From NCBI GenBank assembly GCA_049521795.1, contig JBEKOM010000001.1, positions 726,452 through 790,451 on the forward strand: 64,000 nucleotides of DNA, in the 5' to 3' direction. Under the pieces are notes generated by a model that saw nothing but the letters and a program-made list of their open reading frames with translations, ran no database searches and had not been told where the DNA came from. A program made the translations under genes and the position numbers. Source of the stretch: Candidatus Bathyarchaeia archaeon. Its GTDB lineage: Archaea; Thermoproteota; Bathyarchaeia; Bathyarchaeales; Bathycorpusculaceae. This document shows positions 19,574-29,796 of the stretch, piece after piece; within the stretch, counting starts at the first letter, position 1; each line of letters starts with the position of its first letter.

Positions 19574-22522
19574 CTAGTTCCCTGTAGATGGGGTGACAAT
19601 CGGCGAGTGCTCAGCGAGTATCCACAAGCCTGTTTGGTCACTATTATTGTAGATTGGCGTAGTTCCGTCGAAAGTTGCAACTGCGCCGTACCAGATGACG
19701 TCCATCGAGTTATTGAAACTTGCTGGAGTTGTTGTTACCGGCAAGAGTTCAATTGCTCCACTTGGATCCGCACTGAGGGCCCCTGTGTTGTTCCCGGCGA
19801 TGCTGTCGAAAGTGTAGAGTTTCTGGTTAGAATCATCGGTAAACATTATTCCAGCCCCGCGTATACCTTGAACGAACTGGCCCCAGTGATGCTGCCAGAC
19901 TGAAGATGCATTGTAAAACAAGCCTGTTGCATTCGAAACCAACGGATAGCCTGTCGCATTCAAGCCATTCTCGACCTGAGGCTGACCAGTTAAGCCGGTA
20001 ACCTCGATTGGACACAGGTTTTTTATAGATCTGCTCTGCGTCGTATTTAGAAACATTAAACTCAATTGATACGTGAAGTATGTTGCTTGCGCTGGCAACG
20101 TTATTACAACGTGCCCATAGAAGTCGTAACAGCCACTCACTCCCCCTGACCATTCAGGTTCTTGATGAATTATGTCCCTAACGACTCCGTTAGTAATCAC
20201 CCAAGCTGGCGTGTCTGAATAGTAACCGCTCAGTTGTTGGTTGACTCGCATAAAGTTGCATGTTGATGATGAACCTCCAACAGTCGAGGTGATGGTGAAT
20301 GTTGATTGGTCGACAATGTGAAGTGTTAATATGCCATTTGTGAGTGTGCTTGCACCAATGCTGTCTGATTTGAAATACCTATCTGTGTATGCATATGGCG
20401 TTTGGGTTGCAAGATCGCTTCCGTTCCACCAGATTGTGACTCTTGAGACTTCAGGATTTGCTAGAAAAACCAGCATGTTTCCGTCGCCGAAGACACTTGC
20501 GTTGCTCGTCAGGCCTAGTGGAATCGTGTATTCTGAGGCCCAGTCTTCTACTTGAAATGGTACCTCAGAATTAACGCCGTCTGTAGTTTCATTCACATGG
20601 ATGGACTTTATTGGTATGGGTGGAAACGGTTTTGCTGGTGTTGTGAGTTGCAGGTTTTGGCCCAGCCACCGTATTTGGCCATCCTGTAACAGTTCTGCAA
20701 CCACCGTGGCGTCCTGCAGATGCGTGGGAGCCAGATATGGTCGAGGTGAGCCTGGAGGAACCTCTTCTGGTCCCAGCGAAACTGAAGGCTCTGGGTCGAC
20801 GATGTACCTGACTTCAAAATCATCAAAATAGGTTATGTCGGCTTGTCTTGAGCCTGCTATTCCTACCATGCCGTATTCTCTCGTGGATCCGCCGCCGAAG
20901 ATGCCATCAACGGTCCATGACGTCGGTTCATTTGAACCCACTGGCCACACCTTGACTTGGCCATCGTTACTTGCTGGATTGATAACTCTGAACTCCATGT
21001 AGTACCAGGTGTCTGTTGTCCAGCTGAACGCCGTATGTGTTCCCCACGATCGGAGATCGTTTAGCAGGTCTAAACTATTTTGATCGTTATGAAACAGGGC
21101 ACAATACCCCTGACCAGAAGGATCCATATTGGACGACAGGCCCATTCTCCCCGCATCGCCCCCGCCGAATTGGGTTACGTTAATCTTTACTACTATCTCA
21201 ACATCTTGAGTAATGGTTCCCAAAGCGTTGACTAGAAGCTTGTTCGGATCTCCGTCAGCTCCTACATTTTTCAACATGCCATTTTCAATAGACCATGTAC
21301 CACCATTTGTCTGAGAGTACGCTGGCTCTACTGCTGTGATGTTCGGCTCATTAGGTCTTTTGAAATCGTCAAACCATAGGTAAACGTTGCTTTTATTCGC
21401 TGGCGGGTTTCCAGCTGAGGGATTATCATAGTATAGGTAGTAGTCGTTAATGGCTGACGGAGATGGGCCTGTGTCTGTTTGGGTTTTGAACCAAACCTGT
21501 GTCGCACCTGTGTTCATGGTACCGGTTACGATGTCGCGATCCAATTCAGTCCATACAGATCCATTCCAATGAACAATCCTCAGATCATTCCCATTTGGCA
21601 ACATCTTTCCTGCGGAAACCAAGGAGGCAGTATCAAAGGTCATAAGAATCGAGTATCCCGCACTAATCGATGACGCAGCATTGTTTGTAATCGTTATGAG
21701 TCTTCGGTACATGTAGCTAGAATTCCACCAAGATGCGTCTGGTATCACAGGCTTCCATGCTGTAGTGTTCCACACTGTAAAGTTCAAGTCGTACACCAAG
21801 CGGCTGAATGATGAGGCTACGACAATTACGCCTCGCGTATCTTCTACCTGAACAAGGTAAGAAGATGGGTCTACCCCAAGCGGGGCGTCAAGGATGTATG
21901 TCCCATTTGCATAAGAGAGCGGTTCGCTTGTTGGAGTGATTTTTAGCCACGTCGAGTTTGAAGGTGAGTAACAGTAGAACAGGAAGTTGGTCGCTCCAAG
22001 GTTTACAAGCGGTTCATTCTCGTCCTCCGATATATCTAGACGTGCCTGATTGCTTCCGCCATTTGTAGCATTCACGCTCAGTGCGCACGAAGTAATATAG
22101 GTCATTCCAAAGATTCCAAGACCTGTGAGGTTGTAGTGGACGTCAAGAGTTCCTGTGCTGTAGCTTGAATTCGTGTACCAGTACGTGTAAAGTGAGGAAT
22201 TGTTTTCGTTTACGTTGAACGAAGTTCCCCACTGAGGGTATATCGATGCTATGTTTTGCAATCCTGATTGGAGGTAGTTTGCTGCAAGTGTCTGCGCATA
22301 TGATTGATTTCCAGTGATCTGCAAGATGGAACCATAATAGCCCAAGGTGAAGCCCAGTACTTGTCTTAGGGCAAGATTTGTTTCGTCTATCGCACTAAGG
22401 ATCAACGGCTGATTTTGAATCTGATTATTGCGTATTGTAGAGTAGGTAACTACGACAGTTGTTATTAGGATCACGGCGACAAGCAGTGCGGCGATTATTG
22501 AGAATTGGCCTTTTCTGTTCAA
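19574..22522 (-). CDS. Large pilin-like/adhesin protein with class III signal peptide and DUF2341-like plus lectin-like domains
   Basis: RKG|QFSIIAALL; WWNSSYMYRRLITI...DLRIV...VWFK...YYLYYDNP (DUF2341-like); FDDF-bounded beta-sandwich. Confidence 0.75.
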   Translation of the reverse strand: MNRKGQFSIIAALLVAVILITTVVVTYSTIRNNQIQNQPLILSAIDETNLALRQVLGFTLGYYGSILQITGNQSYAQTLAANYLQSGLQNIASIYPQWGTSFNVNENNSSLYTYWYTNSSYSTGTLDVHYNLTGLGIFGMTYITSCALSVNATNGGSNQARLDISEDENEPLVNLGATNFLFYCYSPSNSTWLKITPTSEPLSYANGTYILDAPLGVDPSSYLVQVEDTRGVIVVASSFSRLVYDLNFTVWNTTAWKPVIPDASWWNSSYMYRRLITITNNAASSISAGYSILMTFDTASLVSAGKMLPNGNDLRIVHWNGSVWTELDRDIVTGTMNTGATQVWFKTQTDTGPSPSAINDYYLYYDNPSAGNPPANKSNVYLWFDDFKRPNEPNITAVEPAYSQTNGGTWSIENGMLKNVGADGDPNKLLVNALGTITQDVEIVVKINVTQFGGGDAGRMGLSSNMDPSGQGYCALFHNDQNSLDLLNDLRSWGTHTAFSWTTDTWYYMEFRVINPASNDGQVKVWPVGSNEPTSWTVDGIFGGGSTREYGMVGIAGSRQADITYFDDFEVRYIVDPEPSVSLGPEEVPPGSPRPYLAPTHLQDATVVAELLQDGQIRWLGQNLQLTTPAKPFPPIPIKSIHVNETTDGVNSEVPFQVEDWASEYTIPLGLTSNASVFGDGNMLVFLANPEVSRVTIWWNGSDLATQTPYAYTDRYFKSDSIGASTLTNGILTLHIVDQSTFTITSTVGGSSSTCNFMRVNQQLSGYYSDTPAWVITNGVVRDIIHQEPEWSGGVSGCYDFYGHVVITLPAQATYFTYQLSLMFLNTTQSRSIKNLCPIEVTGLTGQPQVENGLNATGYPLVSNATGLFYNASSVWQHHWGQFVQGIRGAGIMFTDDSNQKLYTFDSIAGNNTGALSADPSGAIELLPVTTTPASFNNSMDVIWYGAVATFDGTTPIYNNSDQTGLWILAEHSPIVTPSTGN

Positions 22523-22525
22523 ATC

Positions 22526-23839
22526 CTATACTCCTCCCACTTGTCCGAGCTGTAAAACAACGAGCTTTGAAGTGCCAGCTACAGTGTATTCAGAAGCCAG
22601 AAGCCTAGGCTTGTAGTCACTCAAAAGCCCTAGCGCCGTAAGCCTGATGTCAGGCGTTCTTGTCAAACCTAGCGACATGAAACTACCTGTAATGTTACCT
22701 GAGGTAATATATCTGTATACTGCGCCGGGGATCGCACTTCCCACAGGATTGAGTACGTAGGTTGTCACCGTTAGCTGATATGCGCCTAGAATCGATGAGT
22801 CCAAGGCTCGACTTGACGTTTGCTGAATAGATGGATAAATCCCATAATAGTTGCAATAATACTGCGCGACAGAGGATAAACTAACGGAACCAGGATTATC
22901 AGTGCTGGTACCAGCAGCCGTGTAGCTCTGGCTGGTTAGCCCTTGGAGAAAGGATCCTAGGCCGATATTACCAACCATTACCATTCCAAAGATTCCCCAA
23001 CTGTTCTGACTGTTTGAGAATGCAATAGTGTTGGAGACGTAGTACAGTGGCCAGCCTACTATGCTTACCCAGGTCCAATTATACTGGTTTACTCTTTGAC
23101 CTAAAGTGTAGCAGTAGAGAGAATACGAATTTCTATATGCGTCATATCCAACATTAGTGCTCATGTAATATCCTGCAGGGATGGGCACGGCTTCGCCGCA
23201 CGTGTTTATGATTACAGCATTTTGTAAGGTCTCGTTTTGCAGAGGGTGGTTGTCTAGTATTTGTGCAAATTGTGTTGAGTTCTGCACGACTATTGTGGTT
23301 TGGAAGTACGGTGAGAGTAGGTTGTATAGATCATTAGCAAGTGTTGCTGGTGTGTATCCGGTGATCCACCACCCATTCGAATCGCTACAGTTCAGAATAT
23401 AGAGCGTTCCGCCTCCACCGTGTTCTCCGATTTTCTCAGGAATTACGTTGAATGTGACGTTTGAGGAAGCAGCTAGGTAAGAGGAGGCGTCTGAGCCTAC
23501 GCCTAGGTTCTCCGCGTTTGACATTGACTCTGTGGCGCTGTACACTTGATTCGCTCCGTTCGTTACAGTGTAAACCGTCAGGTTGTAAACGAGGTTTGGA
23601 GGCAGGCAAGCGGAGAGTGCGGTTTGAAGTTGGCCCCATGCTGGATCACCCTGTGCCTTGAACACTGTATCGCTAAGGTCATGATCGGAGTCGAGCATTT
23701 CCAGCGTCGTCAACGCTAATCTTCCAAGGTTTATCGGTGAAACTTTTCGTGGTTGAGGTAAGACGGCGTATGTATAAGATATTACTGAGGCTCCTGTGAT
23801 GATGATGATAACGAGTAGAACCTCTATAGTCCGCATCAT
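22526..23839 (-). CDS. Minor pilin-like protein
   Basis: N-terminus MMRTIEVLLVIIII (pilin-like helix with acidic residue), Asn/Thr/Tyr-rich extracellular body; inside the pilus operon. Confidence 0.65.
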   Translation of the reverse strand: MMRTIEVLLVIIIITGASVISYTYAVLPQPRKVSPINLGRLALTTLEMLDSDHDLSDTVFKAQGDPAWGQLQTALSACLPPNLVYNLTVYTVTNGANQVYSATESMSNAENLGVGSDASSYLAASSNVTFNVIPEKIGEHGGGGTLYILNCSDSNGWWITGYTPATLANDLYNLLSPYFQTTIVVQNSTQFAQILDNHPLQNETLQNAVIINTCGEAVPIPAGYYMSTNVGYDAYRNSYSLYCYTLGQRVNQYNWTWVSIVGWPLYYVSNTIAFSNSQNSWGIFGMVMVGNIGLGSFLQGLTSQSYTAAGTSTDNPGSVSLSSVAQYYCNYYGIYPSIQQTSSRALDSSILGAYQLTVTTYVLNPVGSAIPGAVYRYITSGNITGSFMSLGLTRTPDIRLTALGLLSDYKPRLLASEYTVAGTSKLVVLQLGQVGGV

Positions 23840-23840
23840 C

Positions 23841-25076
23841 CTAGCTCACCACCTGATAACCTTGCTGGCTCCATAATGCAAGTTTAGCCTGATATGAGAT
23901 GCCGTTGATGGTGACTTGGCGCACGTCTGTAGTAACCCATTCTCCTCCAAGTGGGTTCCCTCCGAAAACCACTGGAAAAGACATGGAGCTTACTCCCCAC
24001 GGCATCAACACGATGCCAGAATTGTTTTCGATGCCCGAATCTGTTTGGTTTTTCTCGTACGTGATGGCTAGAATGCCGGTGTTATTTGTTGGGATTACGA
24101 CATGGCTGTAAGCGCCCGGACTGATGTTTCCGGTGACATTGGAAAGAGGCATTTCGCGTAAGGTGAAGTCTTGGGCTAACAGAACAAAAGTTGCGTTATA
24201 TTGGATTGCGGTTTGGTTGTTTCCACCGTACAAGTCCGCACTGTTAGCAAGAAGCACGCTTCCGTTGCCAAAATCAGCAATGAGCGGTACTACATAGTTG
24301 TTGTTGTACAAAACGTGTTCGTAATCTCCGGCTCCGACTAGTCCACTTGAGCGGGCAAACGCGACTATGGCGTACGAGGTCTGCGTTCCATCGAAGCCTG
24401 GAAAGCCCAGGAAAGCCTGACCTTGGCTATTCGTCACACCAGTACCATTAGTGATGTTGTAGGACGGATATTGGGCCTGACCTGTAACATTGACGAGACA
24501 GTAGCTCACGTTGGCGTCAGCAAGGGGGTAACCGTTTCCCGTTACCGTCACGGTTAGGTTCAACGGAGTGGTCTGGGCTGGACTTATGTTAACTGTAACT
24601 ATCGGAGTTATGGTAAGGCTAAACCCGTATGTACCGTTTATTCCAAGTAATCCTGCTACGGTTGAGTAGTTGACGACTTCGTTAAAAGGCACAAGCAGCG
24701 ATTTTCCGAATCCAACAGCAACGTTACTGTAGTACATGTTGGTCATGGGATAATATATCGGGCTTCCTAACGAATAGTTCAGGCGCATGAGAGAAAATGG
24801 GCTGAGCTCATACTGCGTGAATTCTGGGTCTTGTAGCCCGAAAATCGTGGGGGTGCTGTCGGTTCTTCCCCAGAACGTCGTGTTTGCCGAATCGAACGGA
24901 CTGCCAGGGTTGAGAAGTATGCCGTCAAGAAGGTCACTACATTTGGTTGCGAGATATCTGTGGCTCTGGTACAGAATTGCAGTTTGTATGGTCTGGTTGA
25001 AAAGACCCACGAAAAGAAGCATCGCTCCCAGCAAAACCGTGAAGGCAACGATGTGATCGATGGTTGCGCCGGTCAT
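23841..25076 (-). CDS. Minor pilin-like protein
   Basis: Start MTGATIDHIVAF after GGAGG SD; LLDGILLNPGSP..W..FGL motif; many sequons. Confidence 0.65.
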   Translation of the reverse strand: MTGATIDHIVAFTVLLGAMLLFVGLFNQTIQTAILYQSHRYLATKCSDLLDGILLNPGSPFDSANTTFWGRTDSTPTIFGLQDPEFTQYELSPFSLMRLNYSLGSPIYYPMTNMYYSNVAVGFGKSLLVPFNEVVNYSTVAGLLGINGTYGFSLTITPIVTVNISPAQTTPLNLTVTVTGNGYPLADANVSYCLVNVTGQAQYPSYNITNGTGVTNSQGQAFLGFPGFDGTQTSYAIVAFARSSGLVGAGDYEHVLYNNNYVVPLIADFGNGSVLLANSADLYGGNNQTAIQYNATFVLLAQDFTLREMPLSNVTGNISPGAYSHVVIPTNNTGILAITYEKNQTDSGIENNSGIVLMPWGVSSMSFPVVFGGNPLGGEWVTTDVRQVTINGISYQAKLALWSQQGYQVVS

Positions 25077-25086
25077 TTTTTTCCTC

Positions 25087-25566
25087 CTATTCTCCGAACC
25101 ATAGCAATATTGTTCCATTCGAAAACTTTTGGGCGATCACGCATGCATTTGCAGAATTACTCAAAAAGATGGATTGCTGCCAAAGAACATTGGATCCCAA
25201 GATAACCGTGGTTATCACGGAGTTTGAGGTTCCAATCAATTTCACTGTTAATTGGAGGAAGGACGGATTTGACCCAGGGTTTGTGCTCGACGATAGGGTT
25301 GCATTTCCCATGTAGTAAGCGCTCTCAATGAACGGTGGAAGTCCTGGGGAATAGGTCACCGTTCCTGCAGGTATCGCGTCGTGATTCAGGGAGAAATACA
25401 GTTGTTGCACCGCGCTTCCCAGTTGACCTGCAACATCTTGGAGAGCAAGTGTTTGTCGCGAATCTACCCACTTGTTCATGAGCGAATTTGCAAAAATGGG
25501 AAAAAGGAAGATCTGAAGTATTAACACCGGCATCATAATGATGTACTCGATTGTCACGTGTGGCAT
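25087..25566 (-). CDS. Minor pilin-like protein
   Basis: MPHVTIEYIIMMPVLILQIF hydrophobic N-helix, then amphipathic LQDVAGQLGSAVQQL. Confidence 0.65.
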   Translation of the reverse strand: MPHVTIEYIIMMPVLILQIFLFPIFANSLMNKWVDSRQTLALQDVAGQLGSAVQQLYFSLNHDAIPAGTVTYSPGLPPFIESAYYMGNATLSSSTNPGSNPSFLQLTVKLIGTSNSVITTVILGSNVLWQQSIFLSNSANACVIAQKFSNGTILLWFGE

Positions 25567-25585
25567 TCATATTCCTCAAAAGTGG

Positions 25586-26413
25586 CTAAGCATACACTCC
25601 TAGAGAGACGGTCACATTTCCAGTATAGAACTCCAAGGAAGAGCCTGGTGGGACTTGTACGTCTGCCAGAGAACTGTTGAAATTGAAAAAGGTTGAGTCG
25701 AACCCCAATGCTGATTGTGGAAAGTCAACGGTTATCCTGATCTCGTTGATATTTTGTATTGTGTTAACATTAGATGCTACTGCCGTAAGTGTAACGGATT
25801 GTGAAACGTGTGGGTTATTTCCTGATGGTTGAAGGATGGGCAGATAAAAGTTGTAGTAGCTCACGGTTGTTACTGTCGAATTCAGCATCCTTATTGAAGG
25901 CCCAACGACTACTCTTATGTAATTACCATCATTCATTGGAACCCTTTCGATCACGAATACATGACTTATTGGTGCCGAAGTGCCCTGTAACAGGAAGGAA
26001 CTGTTTGATGTGGGAAATATGAATTCTTTGTAGCCGTTGGCAATGTTATAACTGCTTGTAGGCATGTTGAAAAAGAGGGCGCCCGTGGTGAAGTTGGCAA
26101 TCCACGTGTTTGTACTATTTACGTAAAGAGCGTAGTTTAATGCGACGGTCTGAAAGGTGATTTGACCAAACTTGCTTGCATAACTCATTGTCTGCGTGCG
26201 TCCAACAGTCCATGCTACGTCGTCTATTTGCAGGCCGATTGTCTGCATAAACTGTTTCATCGCGTTAAACTCGTTTTCTGCCATTCGTGCGTTCATGTAG
26301 TTGTTTGCGAAAACAACCGTAATCAGGAGCATCACCACTATGGCGCTCGTAATTATTACGGTGGAAATAGCTGGGCTAATCGCCTTTTTATCGCTTCTGA
26401 GTCGATGTAGCAT
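25586..26413 (-). CDS. Type IV pilin-like protein
   Basis: Class III signal peptide KKA|ISPAISTVII. Confidence 0.8.
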   Translation of the reverse strand: MLHRLRSDKKAISPAISTVIITSAIVVMLLITVVFANNYMNARMAENEFNAMKQFMQTIGLQIDDVAWTVGRTQTMSYASKFGQITFQTVALNYALYVNSTNTWIANFTTGALFFNMPTSSYNIANGYKEFIFPTSNSSFLLQGTSAPISHVFVIERVPMNDGNYIRVVVGPSIRMLNSTVTTVSYYNFYLPILQPSGNNPHVSQSVTLTAVASNVNTIQNINEIRITVDFPQSALGFDSTFFNFNSSLADVQVPPGSSLEFYTGNVTVSLGVYA

Positions 26414-26444
26414 GTTAATCTCTACTCTTTCCTTGATCCTTTTC

Positions 26445-28124
26445 CTATGCCAATTTCACGAATATCGGCATTAGTTTCGCAGCCAACACCGATATTACCA
26501 CAAGAATTGCTGCATGCTTGAAGCCTGCCGAAACTGATTCCTCGCTTATCTTACCTGCCACTATACCTATCAGGTAACTGGAGAAGATGCATGATGTTGT
26601 GAATATGGCTACTATCCAGCCCATGTTCTGCGGCGGCGGTCCTCCGGATATGCCAAAAGTGCTTGAAGTGAAGCTTAACATCATGGTTGTTGTTATCACA
26701 AGAAGAAGAGCGCAGAAGTAAGGCATCATTATGTACGGACGGGTTTCCGACTTCTTTTGTTTTTCAACTTCTTGCGTCAAGTTGTTAAAGCGTGCAAGGG
26801 ATTCTATCATTGCGATCGTGCCGCCGCCCACGTCCACAGTTTCAACGAGCAAGAACATGACAATCTGAGACATCCAGCTTCGAGTTCTCTTGATAAAATC
26901 CATTATCACTTTTCGGACAGGAATTCCCCAAGAGATTTCTGAGCTTATCTTGCGTAGCTCTTTGCTGAACACGCCGTAGTCGCGACGCGAAAGACTTTCA
27001 ATGCATTTTTCTGGCGACAGACCAGTTTTTCTGACTTCCGTCAAGTCTCTAAGAAAACTGTTTATGCCCTGTTCAGTCTGCGTCTTGTGCGTTGAGAGTT
27101 TGCTATGCACTAACGCGGCGGGCGCCGTGGCAACGAACAACGCTATGGCGGTGGCCATGGGCAGGTCGACTAGTGAGCCGAAGATGTTGAAAACGTAGAG
27201 CAGCAGGAACAGCGCTATCCCTATGATGCTGCAGAATCCAAACACCTTGTAAGGACGCATTTCGGTGACGGGGGTTTTGGGCTGCATGCTGTGTGCCAAG
27301 TAGACGAACATCATTGAAAGCATGGGACTGAGCACGAATGTGTAGAGAATTATCATTGAAGTGGACCCTCCGCCGCCTACGCCGCCGCCGATGTTTTCAA
27401 CACTGAACATGATGTAGAAGCAGAGAGACATCATGACGTTCACAATTATGAAAGTCTCCAGAAGCATTCCAAGCCTTTCAGCGGCAGCTCTGACACGCAA
27501 AGCTCTTGCCTTGAAAATGTCTTCGGCTTTTCTTTCAAGGAAGTGTCCGATGTCGCCTCCGATGATTACTGTCGACGCGTACCCCGACAAGAAATCTTTG
27601 AAAATGTCCAGGGGGTTTTTCTTTGCTGCTCTTTCAATTGCAGTAAGCGGGTCTATGCCAAAGATCTCAACGTCTTTTATGATTTCTCTTGCCTCGCTCT
27701 TCATTCCTGGCAGCAGCTCGACTTCGGAGAGTCTTTTGAAGCTGCTGTACGGCGCTATACCTCCGGAAGCCATTACGCTGATGTAGGATGAAGCAAACGG
27801 CATCTCTCTTTCCAGGTTGGCTGCTCTCTCACCAGCCCTGGACATTGGAACTAGGAAAAAACCGATCAACACAAAGAGCGGAAGAGGAATCAGGAAAATG
27901 ACAGGAATGAAGCCGTACAGAAGCACGATAACTGCGCAAATTACCGATACTGGAATAGTTAAGACGGCCGCGAAAAGCATCAGCGACACGTAGGTTTCAG
28001 GGTAAATCTTGATCCTTGCTCTTTCCAAGTAGTCCTTAAACTCTACAACATTCTTCAGAAAAGAGGGCGCCATTCTTCCGAATATACGGAAAGACCACGC
28101 CTCAAGGGTTTCTAGAAACGGCAA
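26445..28124 (-). CDS. Type IV pilus membrane platform protein (T2SSF/TadC/PilC-like, duplicated)
   Basis: Two T2SSF repeats (LEREMPFASSYISVMASGG; INSFLRDLTEVRKTG) with TM helices. Confidence 0.9.
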   Translation of the reverse strand: MPFLETLEAWSFRIFGRMAPSFLKNVVEFKDYLERARIKIYPETYVSLMLFAAVLTIPVSVICAVIVLLYGFIPVIFLIPLPLFVLIGFFLVPMSRAGERAANLEREMPFASSYISVMASGGIAPYSSFKRLSEVELLPGMKSEAREIIKDVEIFGIDPLTAIERAAKKNPLDIFKDFLSGYASTVIIGGDIGHFLERKAEDIFKARALRVRAAAERLGMLLETFIIVNVMMSLCFYIMFSVENIGGGVGGGGSTSMIILYTFVLSPMLSMMFVYLAHSMQPKTPVTEMRPYKVFGFCSIIGIALFLLLYVFNIFGSLVDLPMATAIALFVATAPAALVHSKLSTHKTQTEQGINSFLRDLTEVRKTGLSPEKCIESLSRRDYGVFSKELRKISSEISWGIPVRKVIMDFIKRTRSWMSQIVMFLLVETVDVGGGTIAMIESLARFNNLTQEVEKQKKSETRPYIMMPYFCALLLVITTTMMLSFTSSTFGISGGPPPQNMGWIVAIFTTSCIFSSYLIGIVAGKISEESVSAGFKHAAILVVISVLAAKLMPIFVKLA

Positions 28125-29730
28125 CTGCCTTAACCTCCTCCCCTGCGAGAACCTTCTCGTAGAACTGCTTTGGCTTGGCAGAATACTCTGCTATTATTGC
28201 GGCCACGTCCTTGTAGCTTCTGATGTCGTGTTCTCGCATCCAGTGGAGTACGACTCTGCGCTTCTCAATTTCTGCGATGATGTCTTTCTTGCTCATGCCC
28301 AGTCGCTCGGAGATCCCGGCAAGCATTACGCTCTTGTCAAATGCTTGTATTTGTTCGTCCTTGTTCGGGTTCCATTTGAAGACTGTCCTATAGTCCTCGT
28401 AGTTCGCGATCTCGTTGACGTTCAGTACACGCCTGTACGCTTTTCGCTCGTTGTTCTTGATCAGGTGGACTCTTTGAACCGACAGCACTATGTTCATCAG
28501 CGGAATGTACGCTGGAGAAATGTCCATGGGTTTCGAAGTAAGGCGTTTGATCGCTGAATCCATGTTTTCAGCGTGCATGGTGCACATTCCACCGTGGCCC
28601 GTGGCCAAGGCTTGGAAGAGTACGTACGCTTCTTGTCCTCTCACCTCTCCCACTATAAGTATATCTGGACGGTGCCTCATCGAAGTTTTGACCAAGTCGA
28701 AAAGTGCAACTTCTCCCGTGCTGTCTCCGCCCAAGCCGTAGCTTTGTCTCGCGATCAGTGAAATCCAGTTTTCGAGGGGCAGATTAAGCTCGGCTGTTTC
28801 TTCTATCGTGATGACCTTGCTTCCAGGCTTGATCAAGCAGGCCAGAGCGTTCAGGGCTGTTGTTTTTCCTGCGGCTGTTCCCCCCAAAACCATTATGGAT
28901 GCTCTGTGTTCAAGGCATTGCCATAAATAAGCCGCCATCTCCTCCGAAAAAGTGCCAATGTTAATGAGGTCTATTATAGAATATGGGTCTTCTCTAAACT
29001 TCCTTATAGTGAAAGCGGTGCCGAAAGGCGTGACTTCGCGTCTGTAGCACACCGAAAGCCTATGCTTACCCGGCAGCGAAGCATCAACGATCGGGAAGGC
29101 TGAGCTCACGTGTTTTCCAGCCATGTGCACGAGCTTAACAACCATGTTGTCAAGTTCTTCATCCGTCTGAAACTCGATGTTAGATTCGATGCTTTCGTAG
29201 GTTCGATGCCAAATGTAAACGGACTTGTTCACACCGTCACATGAAATATCTTCGATGTTCGGGTCTCGCATCAACGGGTCGATCTGACCGAATCCTACAA
29301 GGTCTCTTTCCGCATGGTAGAGGATCTTGTACCATGACACGTCGGGCAACCAGCCGAGGCTTATGCGGTATTTGTCAACGATCTTCTTTGCCTCGTCTGC
29401 GAAGAATCTTCTAGGGTCCAGAATTTCTTCTTTCGGGGACTCGATCTCTGCCAGGAGTATTTCCAAGATGCGGTTGTAGACGCTTCTCTCCAGCGGGTCG
29501 AGCTGCAGTTCGTCCAGAATGTACTTGTATTCCCCGGTTTTTGGGTTTTGTGCAATGGCAACGTGGGCGAAAGGTTCGTAGAGCGGGTATTTGTCCACGA
29601 CTTTGTACCCTCTGGGTACGGGTCTTGGCGTTGGAGGGGGGGCGGCTTCCTGCTGGCGCTTTTTAAAGTTGAGTTTGATCTGCACTGTCTTCAGCTTTGC
29701 GAGTTTCCCTTTGAGCCGCAACTGTGTCAT
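28102..29730 (-). CDS. Type II/IV secretion (pilus assembly) ATPase, PilB/ArlI-like
   Basis: DPNIEDISCDG, TIRKF, GGTAAGKTT, IEETAEL, RHRPDILIVGEVRG, TGHGGMCTMHA. Confidence 0.95.
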   Translation of the reverse strand: MTQLRLKGKLAKLKTVQIKLNFKKRQQEAAPPPTPRPVPRGYKVVDKYPLYEPFAHVAIAQNPKTGEYKYILDELQLDPLERSVYNRILEILLAEIESPKEEILDPRRFFADEAKKIVDKYRISLGWLPDVSWYKILYHAERDLVGFGQIDPLMRDPNIEDISCDGVNKSVYIWHRTYESIESNIEFQTDEELDNMVVKLVHMAGKHVSSAFPIVDASLPGKHRLSVCYRREVTPFGTAFTIRKFREDPYSIIDLINIGTFSEEMAAYLWQCLEHRASIMVLGGTAAGKTTALNALACLIKPGSKVITIEETAELNLPLENWISLIARQSYGLGGDSTGEVALFDLVKTSMRHRPDILIVGEVRGQEAYVLFQALATGHGGMCTMHAENMDSAIKRLTSKPMDISPAYIPLMNIVLSVQRVHLIKNNERKAYRRVLNVNEIANYEDYRTVFKWNPNKDEQIQAFDKSVMLAGISERLGMSKKDIIAEIEKRRVVLHWMREHDIRSYKDVAAIIAEYSAKPKQFYEKVLAGEEVKAVAVSRNP

Positions 29731-29796
29731 TGTTGTTCTCCTGTTCTATACTGTTCATGTGTGGGCAGTCTATTAAATATTACGTCTCACGAGACA

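Noticed and set aside
18084-29730. Archaellum operon
   Set aside because: No ArlH, ArlF/G or ArlCDE/X genes, and the pilin set is atypical of archaellins.
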